The notes under the pieces: generated by a model
Told to the model about the DNA's origin: nothing
The model's input: the letters and a program-made list of their open reading frames with translations, nothing else
Databases searched by the model: none
Assembly: GCA_031763465.1 (NCBI GenBank)
Contig: JARFOE010000001.1
Coordinates: forward strand, 12,620,816 to 12,672,413
Direction: 5' to 3'
DNA from: Squatina squatina
Taxonomy: Eukaryota
Length of the DNA stretch: 51,598 nt
Position numbers and translations under genes: made by a program
In this document: piece after piece, positions 10,906 through 23,762 of the stretch
How the letters are laid out: every line of letters begins with the position of its first letter
How positions within the stretch are numbered: the first letter of the stretch is position 1

Positions 10906-13394
10906 ACTTTGCTTCAGGCGTATCTTTAATGTAATCAAGTTGAAATCAATATTGATTGCTGAAAATTCAATGCTTGTGTAATATGAAACACTAATGTGTG
11001 TTTGGTATCCTCGATCAATTTACCATGAGATATCCTTTGACCTATGGTTCAAAAGTCTATGTACATGCACAAAAGATAGTAAATCTAACATTGCCAAATT
11101 GGATTTGTTCAATTAGAGAAACACAAGCTACACAAACTAAACCTGTGGGCAAAAATATGTTACAATGGATTGTGATTATGTTTGCTGTGGCAGCTCGTTC
11201 AGCAGCTCACGCTGCTTGCATAGGCTAGGGCCATGCTGGTGTCATATCACTGGCAGCATGCCATTGAAAAAGAATCAGCTACTTTCATTAAGAATCTAAA
11301 TTGTTGTATACACCGTGACCCAGTTAAATCATAAGGCATTGTTTTTAATTTCATTCCATTCGTTTACTCTTGAGATCCAAATATTCAACACGATCTTCTA
11401 CAGTTAAGAATGTGAGAATTTTCTTTCGAAAGAAAGGTCATGGATCCAACACTACTGTCTCTTCTTGATAGATCAATCTCACCTAATCACCTATCATATT
11501 CCAAAATTCTTTCACTCTACAGAAACATATCTATTTGCATCTACCTCAGTGGCATTCTTGACAAATTATTCTGCAATTCTATTACCCTTTGGGTGAAAAC
11601 ATTTGCTTGAATTCCCTTCTAATTCCTAAATTCATTTTTCANNNNNNNNNNNNNNNNNNNNNNNNNNNNNNNNNNNNNNNNNNNNNNNNNNNNNNNNNNN
11701 NNNNNNNNNNNNNNNNNNNNNNNNNNNNNNNNNNNNNNNNNATATCATGCTGACCTTTTTGTGTGTGCTCAGTCTGTAGTTTTGCCATAACCTGCAAAAC
11801 TATGCAAAACTCCACTGGGGTGTGGTGGAAGCAAATCAATCCAGGAATGAAGATCCTAGCATGCAATCTATTTATCTCCATGCACAAGCATGGATAGGGA
11901 ATATTAACACGTGCCATCACAGCCAAGTTTGACTGTCTTTGCCTAGAACAAAAGTAGCAGTTAAATATAAAGAGAAGAATAGTCAGTGAAAGAAAATTTA
12001 ATTTTTGTAAGAAAAAGTGACAGTTTTAAAAGGAGAAACTTGTTACCAACTGAATAAAGATCATAGAGTACAACTTGTGCTCTCAGTCTTGACTTTTTAA
12101 AATGCACAATGACAACCATTATGGCAGGATAGGAAATTAAATAAGGTTTCATCAATTTTCACAAAAATTATTGCAAAACTTGTAATGCATTGCAGCTTTA
12201 ATTAAATGGCAACTTTGCCATATGCACAAAGAACTTTCATATTACTATATAGTCTTAGTGGTGGGATTAAATTACTATATTATATTTCTGTTAAAAATAC
12301 TGCACTCTTAACGGCTTCTATGAATCATTCTTAAGCAACTTTAGCCTCAAAGTGAATTGTAAAGGTTGTGTGTTATCTGTAATATGGAATTTAGATTTAT
12401 AACAAATTAATCGTCTCCCATTGATGTCTCATCAAACAACAATGTGTGCCTATCCTATGTCCCACTGATACTAAGGGGACAGATCTAAAAAATGTGTGAA
12501 TGATATTTGAAATGTCAGTCAAGATGCTGTTTGCTGATCCTCCCCGTCTCTTTAAGTAGTGCTCCATTGAGCATGTTGTGAGGCTTTTCATTTGCTTCAT
12601 TGACATATACAGCGTATGACAGACCTCAGATGGGAATTCAAGCCTTAGGGATGGTGTTTTAGAGAAAAGTATGAATGTTGAATTAGTTGAGGGGAAAGAA
12701 TCACAGATTACCAGCAATTTCACAAAGGATTTATTTTGCCACGTCACGTTAAAATTGAACATGGCAGAAAGACCTAAGGTCATACAGCTTTACTTCAAAT
12801 TTTACCTGTCTGTAATTGGAAATAACATTTGGATATGACAGCAAAAAAAAGTTGTCTCTTTAATCTATACTGAGATTTTTTAAATAAATTCAACAAAAGT
12901 ATTCAGAAAAGTAACATAGAAATTGCTTCAAAGTGCATAATTTTGAAGTGATCTGTTTATTTTAATTATTCATTAAGTTTAGTGAATGTTTTTAACAATG
13001 ATACTCTTTGTTATTTATTAAAGGTCTATATGGAAGTGACTTTGCCATGAGTATTGGGGGGGGGGATTTTAACAGGCAAGAATGGATGGGTTGGGGTTGG
13101 GTGCGTACTTAAAATCGGAGAAAAATCAAGCAGGGTAGCAACCCAGCTCCAACCCACCCACTTTCGGGTTTAACTGAGGCACGTTTGTATGTCGGTGAGA
13201 AACCTATCCACTGAAGCTGGGGATTTAATTATTGCAGGCGGGCGGATACTTATTGGTGAAATTAACGTCCTTAGGAGATGTTCAGGAGGTGCTTACAAAT
13301 TGATTTTAACTTCGCTCCAAATATAACTTGTGCGACGGGTTTCCCGGGGCTTGAGAAACTGACCAGGGAAATGGAGGCAAGTTTGAGCAGCAGT

Positions 13395-13762
13395 TAGGCT
13401 GACACTCCAGTGCAGTACTGAGCAATGTCAGAGGTGCCATCTTTTGGATGAGGCATTAAACCGAGGCCCAGTCTGCTCTCTTGGGTGAATGTAAAACATC
13501 CCATGGCAATGTTTCGAAGAAGAGCAAGAGAGTTATCCCTGGTGCCCCGGCTAATGCTTATCCCTCAACCCGCATCACTAAAACAGATTATCTGGTTATT
13601 ATTACATTACTGTTTGTGGAAGTTTGCTGCGTGCAAATTGCCTGCTGTGTTTCCTACATAATAAGAGTGAAAACATTTCAAAATTACTTCATTGGCTGTG
13701 AAGCATTTTGGGACAACCTGAGGTCATGAAAGGCGCTTTATAAATGCAAGTTTTTTTTCTTT
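13395..13762 (+). mobile_element. DeuSINE (SacSINE1-like), 5'-truncated, with Deu domain and 3' tail
   Basis: gaggtgccatcttttggatgaggcattaaaccgaggccc...atcccatggca is the Deu domain. It ends in gaaaggcgctttataaatgcaagttttt, an L2-type 3' tail. It shares sequence with the copies at 7503, 10738 and 14840. Confidence 0.85.
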
Positions 13763-14839
13763 TTACTGCTTTTNNNNNNNNNNNNNNNNNNNNNNNNNNN
13801 NNNNNNNNNNNNNNNNNNNNNNNNNNNNNNNNNNNNNNNNNNNNNNNNNNNNNNNNNNNNNNNNNNNNNNNNNGTGCAAGATGGTGTATATCCTTTTTTT
13901 GTCCTTTTGACAACTGCTCTGTCTTGAAAGATCCTCAGCTTATTCAATATATTCACAAGCTTAAGTGTTAGTGCGATAACAGAGGATGCCAACTTGCTTT
14001 ATTTCACACATGTGCAGTTTTCTGTAAGATGCCTCTATTCATTCCATGGATCATTAGAGATTTCTACAGAGCACTTCTCAGGTTTGGGGACTATGGGGAG
14101 GAAGCTGTACAACAAATGCAGCCATGCAGGACAGCCTTTCAGTACTATCCCCAAGCACTGACAAGCTTCATTATACTGTCTTTATTTCTACATGAAATGA
14201 CAGAGAGTGAATACTACGTTCCCCTGGCACCTCTGCAAGATATCAGTATCAGTTGGCAAAATACACCCTGTGTACTGTTGGCATTGGGGTACAAGAACAT
14301 TATCATCTGAGAGTTGGTGCCATGGAGATGGAAATCTCGGTTACTGCCCTGTGTAGGGTAGGTTTTGCAGTAACTGTTTTCCACACCGACCTGACAGTTT
14401 TATAAGTGGTCAGGGAGATAATTAAAGATTTTTTTAAAATCAATTAAAAGTAGTTATTGGAAAAGTAGCAGTGTGTGAAGCTACTTCCACAAGTGCTTTA
14501 TAAATTATATATTTTATCTAACTTGAATACACTTCAAATAGTATGAACTTTCATGCCCATTTTTGTAAAATGTTTGTAGTGGTGCAAATGTATGGGTTTC
14601 AAGGAGACTTTTTTTAAGAAAGTGGCCAATACGTGGAGCGGGGTTCTGGGGAGACTGTCGGCGGGGACGGTTTAAAGGCCTTTTCCCCGGGCCGGGGGAG
14701 TGCAGGACTCCCAGGGCCGCTCAGTCAGCAGCTCCTGGCTTCCAGCAAACTCCAACCAGCTTCCACTCACATTCAATCACTAACATTTCACTACATTTGT
14801 AAAACCCATTTTATTGTGTTTAAATGGGAGTTTAATTTT

Positions 14840-14960
14840 ATCCCAGTGTCCTGGTCACTATCCCTCAATCAACATTATAAAAACAGATTATCTGGTCATT
14901 ATCACATTGCTGTTTTTGGGAGCTTGCTATGCGCAGATTGGTTGCCACATTACAGCAGTG
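14840..14960 (+). repeat. DeuSINE (SacSINE1-like) internal fragment
   Basis: aaaacagattatctggtcattatcacattgctg is near-identical to the segment at about 13580-13612. Confidence 0.75.
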
Positions 14961-16130
14961 NNNNNNNNNNNNNNNNNNNNNNNNNNNNNNNNNNNNNNNN
15001 NNNNNNNNNNNNNNNNNNNNNNNNNNNNNNNNNNNNNNNNNNNNNNNNNNNNNNNNNNNNTATATTGGTCATCCACTATTTCTGTCATATGCTGAAAGGA
15101 TTCTACAAAACAAGCCCTTTAAACAGATTAGCTAATTAAACTATAGCCTGCTGAATGCGTTGCGGGGGGTGGGGGGGGGCGGTGGTGGGGTTGCCCTGGA
15201 CTGGTACAATAGTGGATGTATCAATCAGTCACATAGCACAGTTGATACCTTCTTTGTTTCTGATATTTCTGCTATCTGGAGAGTCCCAGTGTACCAGCTC
15301 CAGATGGTGTCTGAAGAAGCATAAGTGCATCTTAACCTTCTGCTCTCTCTAGTACTTCAACAAATCATCTACCTAGAGCACCTTATTCAGCCTCACCTCT
15401 ATCAGCACCTTAAGCAGATTTATTTGCTGTTTAGAATCCTGATATAAGCTTCACATCACTTCCTCCTAAAAATGTAGCCACACTACGACCGACACAACCA
15501 CTGGTGCTATTAGTAATCAACTCTCACCCTGATGCGGTACATGCTGCAACACACCATTCCTTTTGTCTATCCCAAGAGAGATATATAATGCATGGAACAA
15601 AAACTAACCAAGCAGCATCTGTTGTCTGGCATCATTTTACAGATTATCCAGAGGATGCACTCTAGGCTGTCTATATTAATTGCAAGGTTAGTATTAACAG
15701 GGGCAAACAAAAGATACCTGGGGGATATCTATGTAAATTATCACTTATAAAGCTGTTTTCCTGAATCAAGTGACAATGGTTTTACTCTTTCTGGTAAACA
15801 AAAAACTTGTTCAGAGTTGTTTAAAATCCACAAATATATTGATGTTTGAGTAACAAAGTTAATCCTAATACCTCAATGGCATTGTTCTCATAATATTACA
15901 AAGCATGAGGATTACTTACCTGAAATTAAAACTGTTCAACTGCACTACAAAGCATTTTAAACACAATATTAAGAGCCAAACATAGAACTGCACTGCAGAA
16001 ACTCACCAAACATACATTGACAGCACCCCCNNNNNNNNNNNNNNNNNNNNNNNNNNNNNNNNNNNNNNNNNNNNNNNNNNNNNNNNNNNNNNNNNNNNNN
16101 NNNNNNNNNNNNNNNNNNNNNNNNNNNNNN

Positions 16131-16650
16131 CCTGCAAAAGGTAGTTTGGTGAGGATGAGGTCAAATAGGTTTTTCTCTCATGTTGGTTCTCTCATCGCAG
16201 GCCCAGTCTGGCAGCTATATCCTTCAGGACTCGGCCAGCTCAGTCAGTAGCGGTGCTACCCAGCCACTCTTGGTGATAGACATTGAGGTCCCCCACTAAG
16301 AGTACATTCTCTTCCCTCGCTATTCTCAATGCTTCTTCCAAGTGCTGTTCAACATGGAGGAGTACTGATTCATCAGCTGAGGGAGGGCAGTAGGTGGTAA
16401 GCAGCAGGAAGTTTCCTTGCCCATGCTTGACCTGAAGCCATGAGACTTCATGGGGTCCAGAGTCAATGTTGAGGACTCCTAGGGCCACCCCCTCCTGACT
16501 GTATACCACTGTGCCACCACTCCTGGTGGCTCTGTCCTGCCAGTGGGACAGGACATACCTAGGGATGGTGATGGAGGAATCTGGGACATTGGCTGAAAGG
16601 AATGATTCTGTGAGTATGATTATATCAGGCTGTTGCTTGCTTAGGCTGTT
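16131..16650 (-). mobile_element. CR1-group non-LTR retrotransposon ORF2 endonuclease fragment (pseudogenised)
   Basis: The minus strand gives PDIIILTES...DRATRSGGTVVY...LLTTYCPPS...LLVGDLNVYHQEWLGS and then NLFDLILT. These are APE motifs (TE, GG, Y(R)PP, GD(F)N, D-L). An in-frame stop is present. Confidence 0.85.
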
Positions 16651-17783
16651 GGAACACTGTTCACAACTTGGATACCAGCCTATCAGATGTCAGTGAGGAG
16701 AATTTTCCAGTGCAGACTGACACATATCTTCACCTGAAATCTGGTCATTGCTAATAAGTCCTCCAATATGAACTCACGACCAGTATCATAACCAATACAC
16801 TATCTTGCCCCTATAGCAAGTCACAGGGAAATTGCAGTAACTTCTTTATTATTTGAACTAGTCCATGCTCAAATATCACTTCAGCTATTGCTATCTACTA
16901 GCAAGCATTCAATTTTATTTTATTCCTACCCTCAACCCTCCCCCATTACTAAGAGCAATGACATTATATCCTACTAAGATGGAAAGATCAATAACCCCGA
17001 TGTTACAATCCGTGGAGTGTCCCTGCAGAGTTAACATTTTATTTGGTTCCTTAAGCAATCTCTTAGTGTGGATCTAAGAATACCTAAGTTTCAGGGAGGA
17101 CTGCAGGTTGAAGTAGAACACTTGACTCATTGTTGCTTACACTGCAAGAGGTTTGATAGCCTGAGGAAAGATTTATTAGAGTTATGTATCAAGCAATGCA
17201 TTAACTAGATAATGTGATAGCTCTCAAAGTAATATTTACCTCAGAAGAAAGTCGGATCAATAACTTAGTCATCTCTGCTTTTTTATTGACAATGGAGCTA
17301 AAACCTATAGCTACTCTCCAAATGCCACACACAAAAATAGTGCTGCCCATATTAAATGAAAGCAATAAAAATGATGCAGTTTTGAGAAAATGTGGTGATT
17401 TAGCTAGGATTGGATGGCTAGTTGTCTTGGTCTCTTGACTTGATGTATCACACCAAAGCCTGAAAGTAAGATGGAGGGGGAATTCTATAGCAGTTATTGC
17501 CTGAAGCTGTTGTCCCAAAATTCCCAGGACCAGGAAGAGTCGCTGCACGGTGAACTGCCAGCTGCGGACCAGAATTTGGGCTGAGACCCGAATTCACCAG
17601 GATTCTGCTCCTTTTTGGCTCCATAGGAAATCCTGGCAGTTTCAGGGTGGGCCCATATTTTCCTCTTTTGTGCCCTTGGTAACACTGGGTGTCAGGAAAT
17701 TCCTGTCAGCTCCTGGTATCAAGCATTGTTAGGGCCACACAGGGTGGAATTTGAAAGTCTAGTTTTGCAATGTAACTGAGTTT

Positions 17784-18045
17784 GTGGTCGTGTAGTGGAC
17801 ATAATACTGGACTCACAGCCCAGAGCTCATGAGTTTGAATCCCAACTTGAAAAGCTGTGATATTGAATTCAATAATCTGGTCATTTCTGGGTTGGCACAA
17901 GGAAAAAAAGACTGGATCATTAAAAAAAATCCAATTAGATCATTAATGTTCTTCAGAGAAGGAAAATCTGACACTCCGTTACAGTCTGACTCAAATGTGA
18001 TTCCAGCCCCACACTACTTGATTGACTCTCAGTGTCCTCTCAATA
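17784..18045 (+). repeat. Degenerate SINE-like repeat with tRNA-like head
   Basis: gtggtcgtgtagtgg...gagtttgaatccc resemble Pol III A and B boxes. Family assignment uncertain. Confidence 0.4.
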
Positions 18046-21000
18046 AGTGAGGCCTTGATGGTATCACCCAGATGCTGAGAGGCTGGGTAGGGCCCTGACC
18101 TTGCTTTCACTGTTCTCCTTTCTTGGCAGATGGAATGAGTTGTCATGTTGAGGAAAGTCAAGCTGTAGGGCATGCTTACACAGTGTGTTCAATTTTGGGT
18201 TTCAGGTAATTACACATACTCAGTGAGAAGCCCGTGACTTCTGGATATTTGTAAAATGAAATAAGAAGAGTTCTTGTTCCAATTCCACAAACACAGATAT
18301 AATAGAGTTTGTTCCATTATGTATTATTTCAAACACGTGAAGTTTGAGCATACAAACGTGTAGGATGTAGATTCACAATTAAGATTACTCACATGAAGTT
18401 CATGATCACTACTGGGCCATCTAAAGGGAAAAGACAAAGCCAAGTACCAGTCTCGCAACCCCCCTGTGACCAAAGCATTAGCACAGCATGGTAACCATGC
18501 CAAAGTTCATGGGGTCAGGGGAAGTGCATTAATTTACTTGCCATTGGTTGGTGCCTCCTCCTACTTGGGGGACATCTGGGACACCAGCTATTGCGACAAG
18601 GCTGGAAATTCCGGCAGAGGTGGGCCAGACTTGGGGTATATTGGGGACCTTCCCTAGAAATATCTTTTAACTCCCTTTGAAAGGGGGCCAGTCGGAGATT
18701 GTGACTTGGGATCCCAAGTCCTCCCCATAGTCAGTCGGTATCACTGGGTCTAATTGCACTGACCGCTGGCCTGGTCCAAATGAAGGCCGAGGACATGGGA
18801 GCTTAGTGTCTCATCTAAACCCACCCTCCCTTCCACCTTACATCATTGGCCCCGTTTAGGGCAAGCAATGCTTCCTTGGCTAAAATGCTATCCCTAAATT
18901 CTTAGATCCTGGTCTAGTTTCTGGCCATTCCGGCATTCTTAATGAACAGTAGGATTACCGCAAAAGCATCAACCATTTTTGGGGTCGGAATGTGTTGCAA
19001 GGAAGTATTGTTGGGGACTAAAGCTTGAGATATATAACATTCTTAGGGTGCCCAATTAGACCTCCCTGAGTTACTGGCGCAAATGGACGAATTGTTGAGT
19101 GCANNNNNNNNNNNNNNNNNNNNNNNNNNNNNNNNNNNNNNNNNNNNNNNNNNNNNNNNNNNNNNNNNNNNNNNNNNNNNNNNNNNNNNNNNNNNNNNNN
19201 NNNACTCCTGGTTGTCCTGTCTTCCATTTTGTGTTACTGGCCTGCCCAACATTCTCCATTTTGTACTGAATTCTACAGGGATATACAGGAAAAATGACTT
19301 CAATGCAGAGAATTAATTTCCCCTTGGTGACAAAGTGTGCTTTAGAAATAGCACCACTAATACATGGGCATGGTAAGGCACCACTGAAAAGCAAGTGTAT
19401 CCAAGATGAAAGTTGGTGTGAACAGAATAGGGTGCATTACTTAAATGTAATCATTAAGACATCAGCAAAGGAAATGAGGAATGATTTTATAAATCTGCTA
19501 TAGATGATGCAGCAACTGGAGCCTGACCTAACTGTATCATCTTTACCACCCGACAGATCAGAGAGTGTTGTAGTAGGGAATCCAAGGCCCAGTCCCTCAT
19601 AAAATGAAATTCCCTAATAAGACAATCTAATCATAAAACTAAATATCCATAAAGACTAATAGTGGCATACTAAAAGGTTACATTTTCTAGACACAACTAC
19701 ATACAGATAATTGTTAGTTTAAGGAAGAAAGATAATTTGTATTTGAATAAAGATGCATTATAATAGATAATTGCCAATCATGGTAACAAAATTTTCTGTT
19801 GCCAGAAAATTACGGTTCTATTTAAATCAATGGATGGAAAATCATAGTTAGCTCACCTGTAATTTTCGTCCACATAAACGGCCCTGCTGGCAACTCGGGG
19901 CCTTGCAACATTTGCCCTATAATGTATGTAAATCATTTAGTTTTAAATAATTATGAATTTTTATTTGATGGCATGGTACATCAGTTCGAGTATGAGAATT
20001 TAGAAAGGCTTCACTAACAGCAGTAAGTGCTGATTCAATGTTACAGTGAGGCAACTCGTTAGAGCCACTCTTCAGGGCAGCAGACCTTCCCCCACCCCCG
20101 TTTCAGGATTTACCTGAGGGCTGCTGTTGGCATGGCAGGCTGCCCGAAATTTGATTCTTCAGTCAGGCGAGCTGCCTTTGGAAGCACAACAGATGTCAGT
20201 AGCTTGCTGCGATTATATAGATGAGGGACAAGGTCCACAATCTCGCGACCCTTGTGCCTCCAGTTTTGGGCACAGGGAAATCATATGGCACTTGAAAAGT
20301 GGCCTCACCTAATGTCTAGGCCAATTACAGCAAGCACTAGCACCAGTGTGGTGCAAACTATATATCAGATTTTCCACCACCTGCACAGTTGAGGCTTTTG
20401 TGCCTCTTTGTTGGACAAAAGGTGCCCAGCAGTGCAGTGAACTGACGAGCTTCAATTTTTGGCTTCAACTCATTTGAATGATTATCAACAGCTGCCAAAG
20501 TAGCCTGACCTTGTGCAGAGAGCAAATGTAATTGAGGGAGGCAGAAGAACTGGCCAGCAGGCTAGATTAAATGGATGTACACACTCAAAGGTAAGTAGCT
20601 GCATATCAGCCTTTATCAAGCTACAAAATGAATTTCAGATATTTGTCAGTCATGGTCAAATCTAAGGCGGGGGGTAGAATTAAAAGCAAATCCGATTGTG
20701 GAATCACAAAATAAGTGATGTGGGCATTAGCAGAGTGGTACAGAACCTGACCTCCTGTTTGATGGATGGTTAAATGGATGTGCAGCTGCATGAGGTGAGT
20801 GCATGAAGGGTTCCCCAATTTGGAACAGTGGTGCATGGTTCCTGGCCTCAGGGGTAATCTGAGCTCAGTACTGTGAACACTAACTGCAGGGACATGGGGA
20901 ATCATACAGTGAAGAGTGCATGCTTAAAGGCATCTGGGAAGGAAACGCTACCAAAAGTGCTATGGCCTAAAAATTTGATTGCCCCCGAAAATGAGCAAAG

Positions 21001-21156
21001 GGATCGCGATATGCGATTACCTCACGCCCATTCAAAATAATGCAGACAGCACCCAAATTTGGTACTGCCTGCAAATTTAAATGATAGCTAGTCAACCATG
21101 ACATCAGCCAAACACACTAAACCATACTCATTGACAGACTTCCTTCGTTCTTGCAG

Positions 21157-21316
21157 GACAAGGTGGCACATAACCGTAGGTAGCGGCAGCTAACCAGAAG
21201 GGGACAAGCACGCCTCCATATCCTGACCCTGCTCAAGGAGACAATGCTTGGAATGCCTGAAGTGGCTATATCTGAGGCCTTGGCCAGCAGCAGCACTGGA
21301 ACGATTGACCATGACT
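21157..21316 (+). pseudogene. Exon of a Harbinger Myb/SANT-like gene (isolated fragment)
   Basis: ttcttgcag|GACAAG...CATGACT|gtatgc translates DKVAHNRR*RQLTRRGQARLHILTLLKETMLG.... It is homologous to the exon at 34875-35027, including the following intron sequence. Confidence 0.7.
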
Positions 21317-21499
21317 GTATGCTCATACCTAATCCTCCTTCTCACATCCCAGTTCCCTCATCCCACAATCTCTTATGATTTACNNNNNNNNNNNNNNNNN
21401 NNNNNNNNNNNNNNNNNNNNNNNNNNNNNNNNNNNNNNNNNNNNNNNNNNNNNNNNNNNNNNNNNNNNNNNNNNNNNNNNNNNTTTAAATTTCTTATCA

Positions 21500-21752
21500 T
21501 TTAAGGTCTATTTACTTTTCCTATTCTTACTTCCAAAATGTATTACTTCACATTTCTCTGCATTAATCTGCCACTTATCCGCCTACTCTGCTAGCTGATC
21601 TATATCCCCATCAGTCTTTCATAATCCTTGTCACAACCGCTAATTTAGTGTCATTAGCAAATTTCAATATTGTTCATTCACTTCCTAATTCAGATCATTT
21701 ATGTATATTGTAAGTAAGAAGAGTTCAACACAAACCCCTGTGGAACACTGTT
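21500..21752 (-). mobile_element. CR1 LINE reverse transcriptase fragment (degenerate)
   Basis: The minus strand has cagtgttccacaggggtttgtg (VPQG), tacataaatgatctg (YINDL) and aaatttgctaatgacactaaatta (KFA[N]DTKL, a decayed FADD motif). Confidence 0.75.
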
Positions 21753-22786
21753 AACCGCATCTTTCAAGGCCAAGCCTTTTTTAACCTGCCCTTTGCTTTC
21801 TGCCCACCTTTCCAATCTCTAGTTACATGAAGCTCCACACTGGGAGCGTCAATTTCTTAAATACTCCCCACCTTTTGTTTCAACTATATGATAGAGGCCT
21901 CATATTAGAGATCGAAATATCTTTCTTTGCATATCCATTCCTATTTAACATTGTAGCACATACTGTATGTGAATTAATTGGTGCCTGAATAACTGTGTCT
22001 GTTAAAGATTCTCATTTATTAACATGTTTCCACTGTGAAATAGTCAGTTAACATATGAATCAGTTGCTATGCACTTGTTCGTGGCAAAGCAGCCTGAACT
22101 CCCTCATGTCAAATTAGTGCTTTAGTGGTTATAGGCTCAAGCCGACTGTGACTACATAGAGACCACAAGCAGCTCATTATGATTGTGACCGTTTACAACC
22201 TTCAGAGAGAGGTGGCTTTCACGATTCATTAATCAGTTCAGCAGCACCTCTAACGGTGACTTTTCATTGCTATGTAGGCTATCTAATTTATTATAGTTTA
22301 CAACTTGCAGGTCTTAACACACTTCAGATAGTTGTACAGAGGTAAACATCTTAACTAAGCAGCCAGGCAGGATCACTGAAATGTAGCATCAGAAATCACT
22401 GAGTGCAAGAGAGAGAGAATACTACTGGTCCCCAGCACCAGCAACTTTGGAGAGCTTCAGAGACAGAACACTCTGATCCTACAAGAGCTTCATCTGCGGG
22501 CAACCAGAGCAGCGGCCAGTGCCATGACAGAAAGATTTCCGCTGAGGACAGAGGAAAGGGAGTCCACACGCCAGAGAATAAGTGAAAGNNNNNNNNNNNN
22601 NNNNNNNNNNNNNNNNNNNNNNNNNNNNNNNNNNNNNNNNNNNNNNNNNNNNNNNNNNNNNNNNNNNNNNNNNNNNNNNNNNNNNNNNTTAATGTCAGAG
22701 TGAAAAAATTCCAATCCATGAAAGCTAGCATAGATATTTTGAAACTATTGGAAGTGAAGCAGCAAAACTACAGCTTTTCTATGTTC

Positions 22787-22920
22787 TCAGTTCTGATGAC
22801 AACTCATTGACCCAAAACGTTACTCTGTTTATTTATCCACAGATGCTCTCTGACCTGCTGAGTGTTTCCAGCATTTCCTGTTTTTATTTCAAGATTTCCA
22901 GCATCTGTTGTATTTTGCTT
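22787..22920 (+). mobile_element. Penelope pLTR-like repeat with degenerate minimal hammerhead motif
   Basis: cagtt-CTGATGA-caactc-att-gaccc-AAAA-cgttactctg...ccacagatgct...gacctgctgag...tttccagcat. Same family as 10165-10357. Confidence 0.6.
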
Positions 22921-23664
22921 TTGCTTTTCCATGTTATTGCCTTCAGGCAGCTTTGCAATTTTTTGCAATTTTTCAAGTTCTTGCAGGAGATGATATCTGC
23001 AAAATATGATGGAAAGCTTGAAATGTACTCTGCCATTATACACTGAGTTTTTGTGCTAAAATAGCACATTTGCATAGAAAAATAAAAAAAGAAACTTCAG
23101 GCTTTAATGTTTCAATAATAAGCAACTGAACCAACCATAGCTAAAACTTCCCTTGGGGTTGCTTTAATTTACTGCCAATCAGGTTCTTTAAGTGTTTACG
23201 TAAAATTCTATTGCAATTATCTCAGCTTTGTGAAAAAAAAATTGAAGGTATTTTTGGTGGAATGAGATGAGAGTTGCATTGCAGAAATCAAATCAATCGC
23301 AGCGACATGTAAGATTGTGCTGCAGTGTAATAAAGAACAACTAACTCACTTAGTGCTAATGTACTCAAATGCTTTTCTGAAGGACTTACCACAAATTTTC
23401 AGAGGTAAAGTGCAATTTCAATACATAATTTTGCACGCATCTGGTTTGCATGTCATATGATGGGAGTTTGCTGAGACTTAACACTAGGGGCAGGTTTGTA
23501 CTTATGGACTTGTGAGACAACAAAAATACAAGCATCTTACAANNNNNNNNNNNNNNNNNNNNNNNNNNNNNNNNNNNNNNNNNNNNNNNNNNNNNNNNNN
23601 NNNNNNNNNNNNNNNNNNNNNNNNNNNNNNNNNNNNNNNNNNAAACGCATGATGTGATCAGGCA

Positions 23665-23762
23665 CCAAAGTCAATGGAAAGTAAAATCAGGCGGAGTGTA
23701 AACCAGGCAGCCAAACTGATCATGTCAATTCACACTGCACAAAATGGTTAAAGTTACCCCCA
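23665..23762. repeat. Right half of a MITE related to 34194-34358
   Basis: tggaaagtaaaatcaggcggagtgtaaaccaggcagc...aaagttaccccc resembles tggaaatgaaaatcagggggagatgtataacagacggc...aaaattaccccc. Confidence 0.5.

Noticed and set aside
20545-20596. Strong donor ctcaaag|gtaagt resembling the end of the preceding PPP1R37 exon (...LKG)
   Set aside because: The upstream frame reads stop-IKWMYTLK with no similarity to the expected peptide, and there is no good acceptor.
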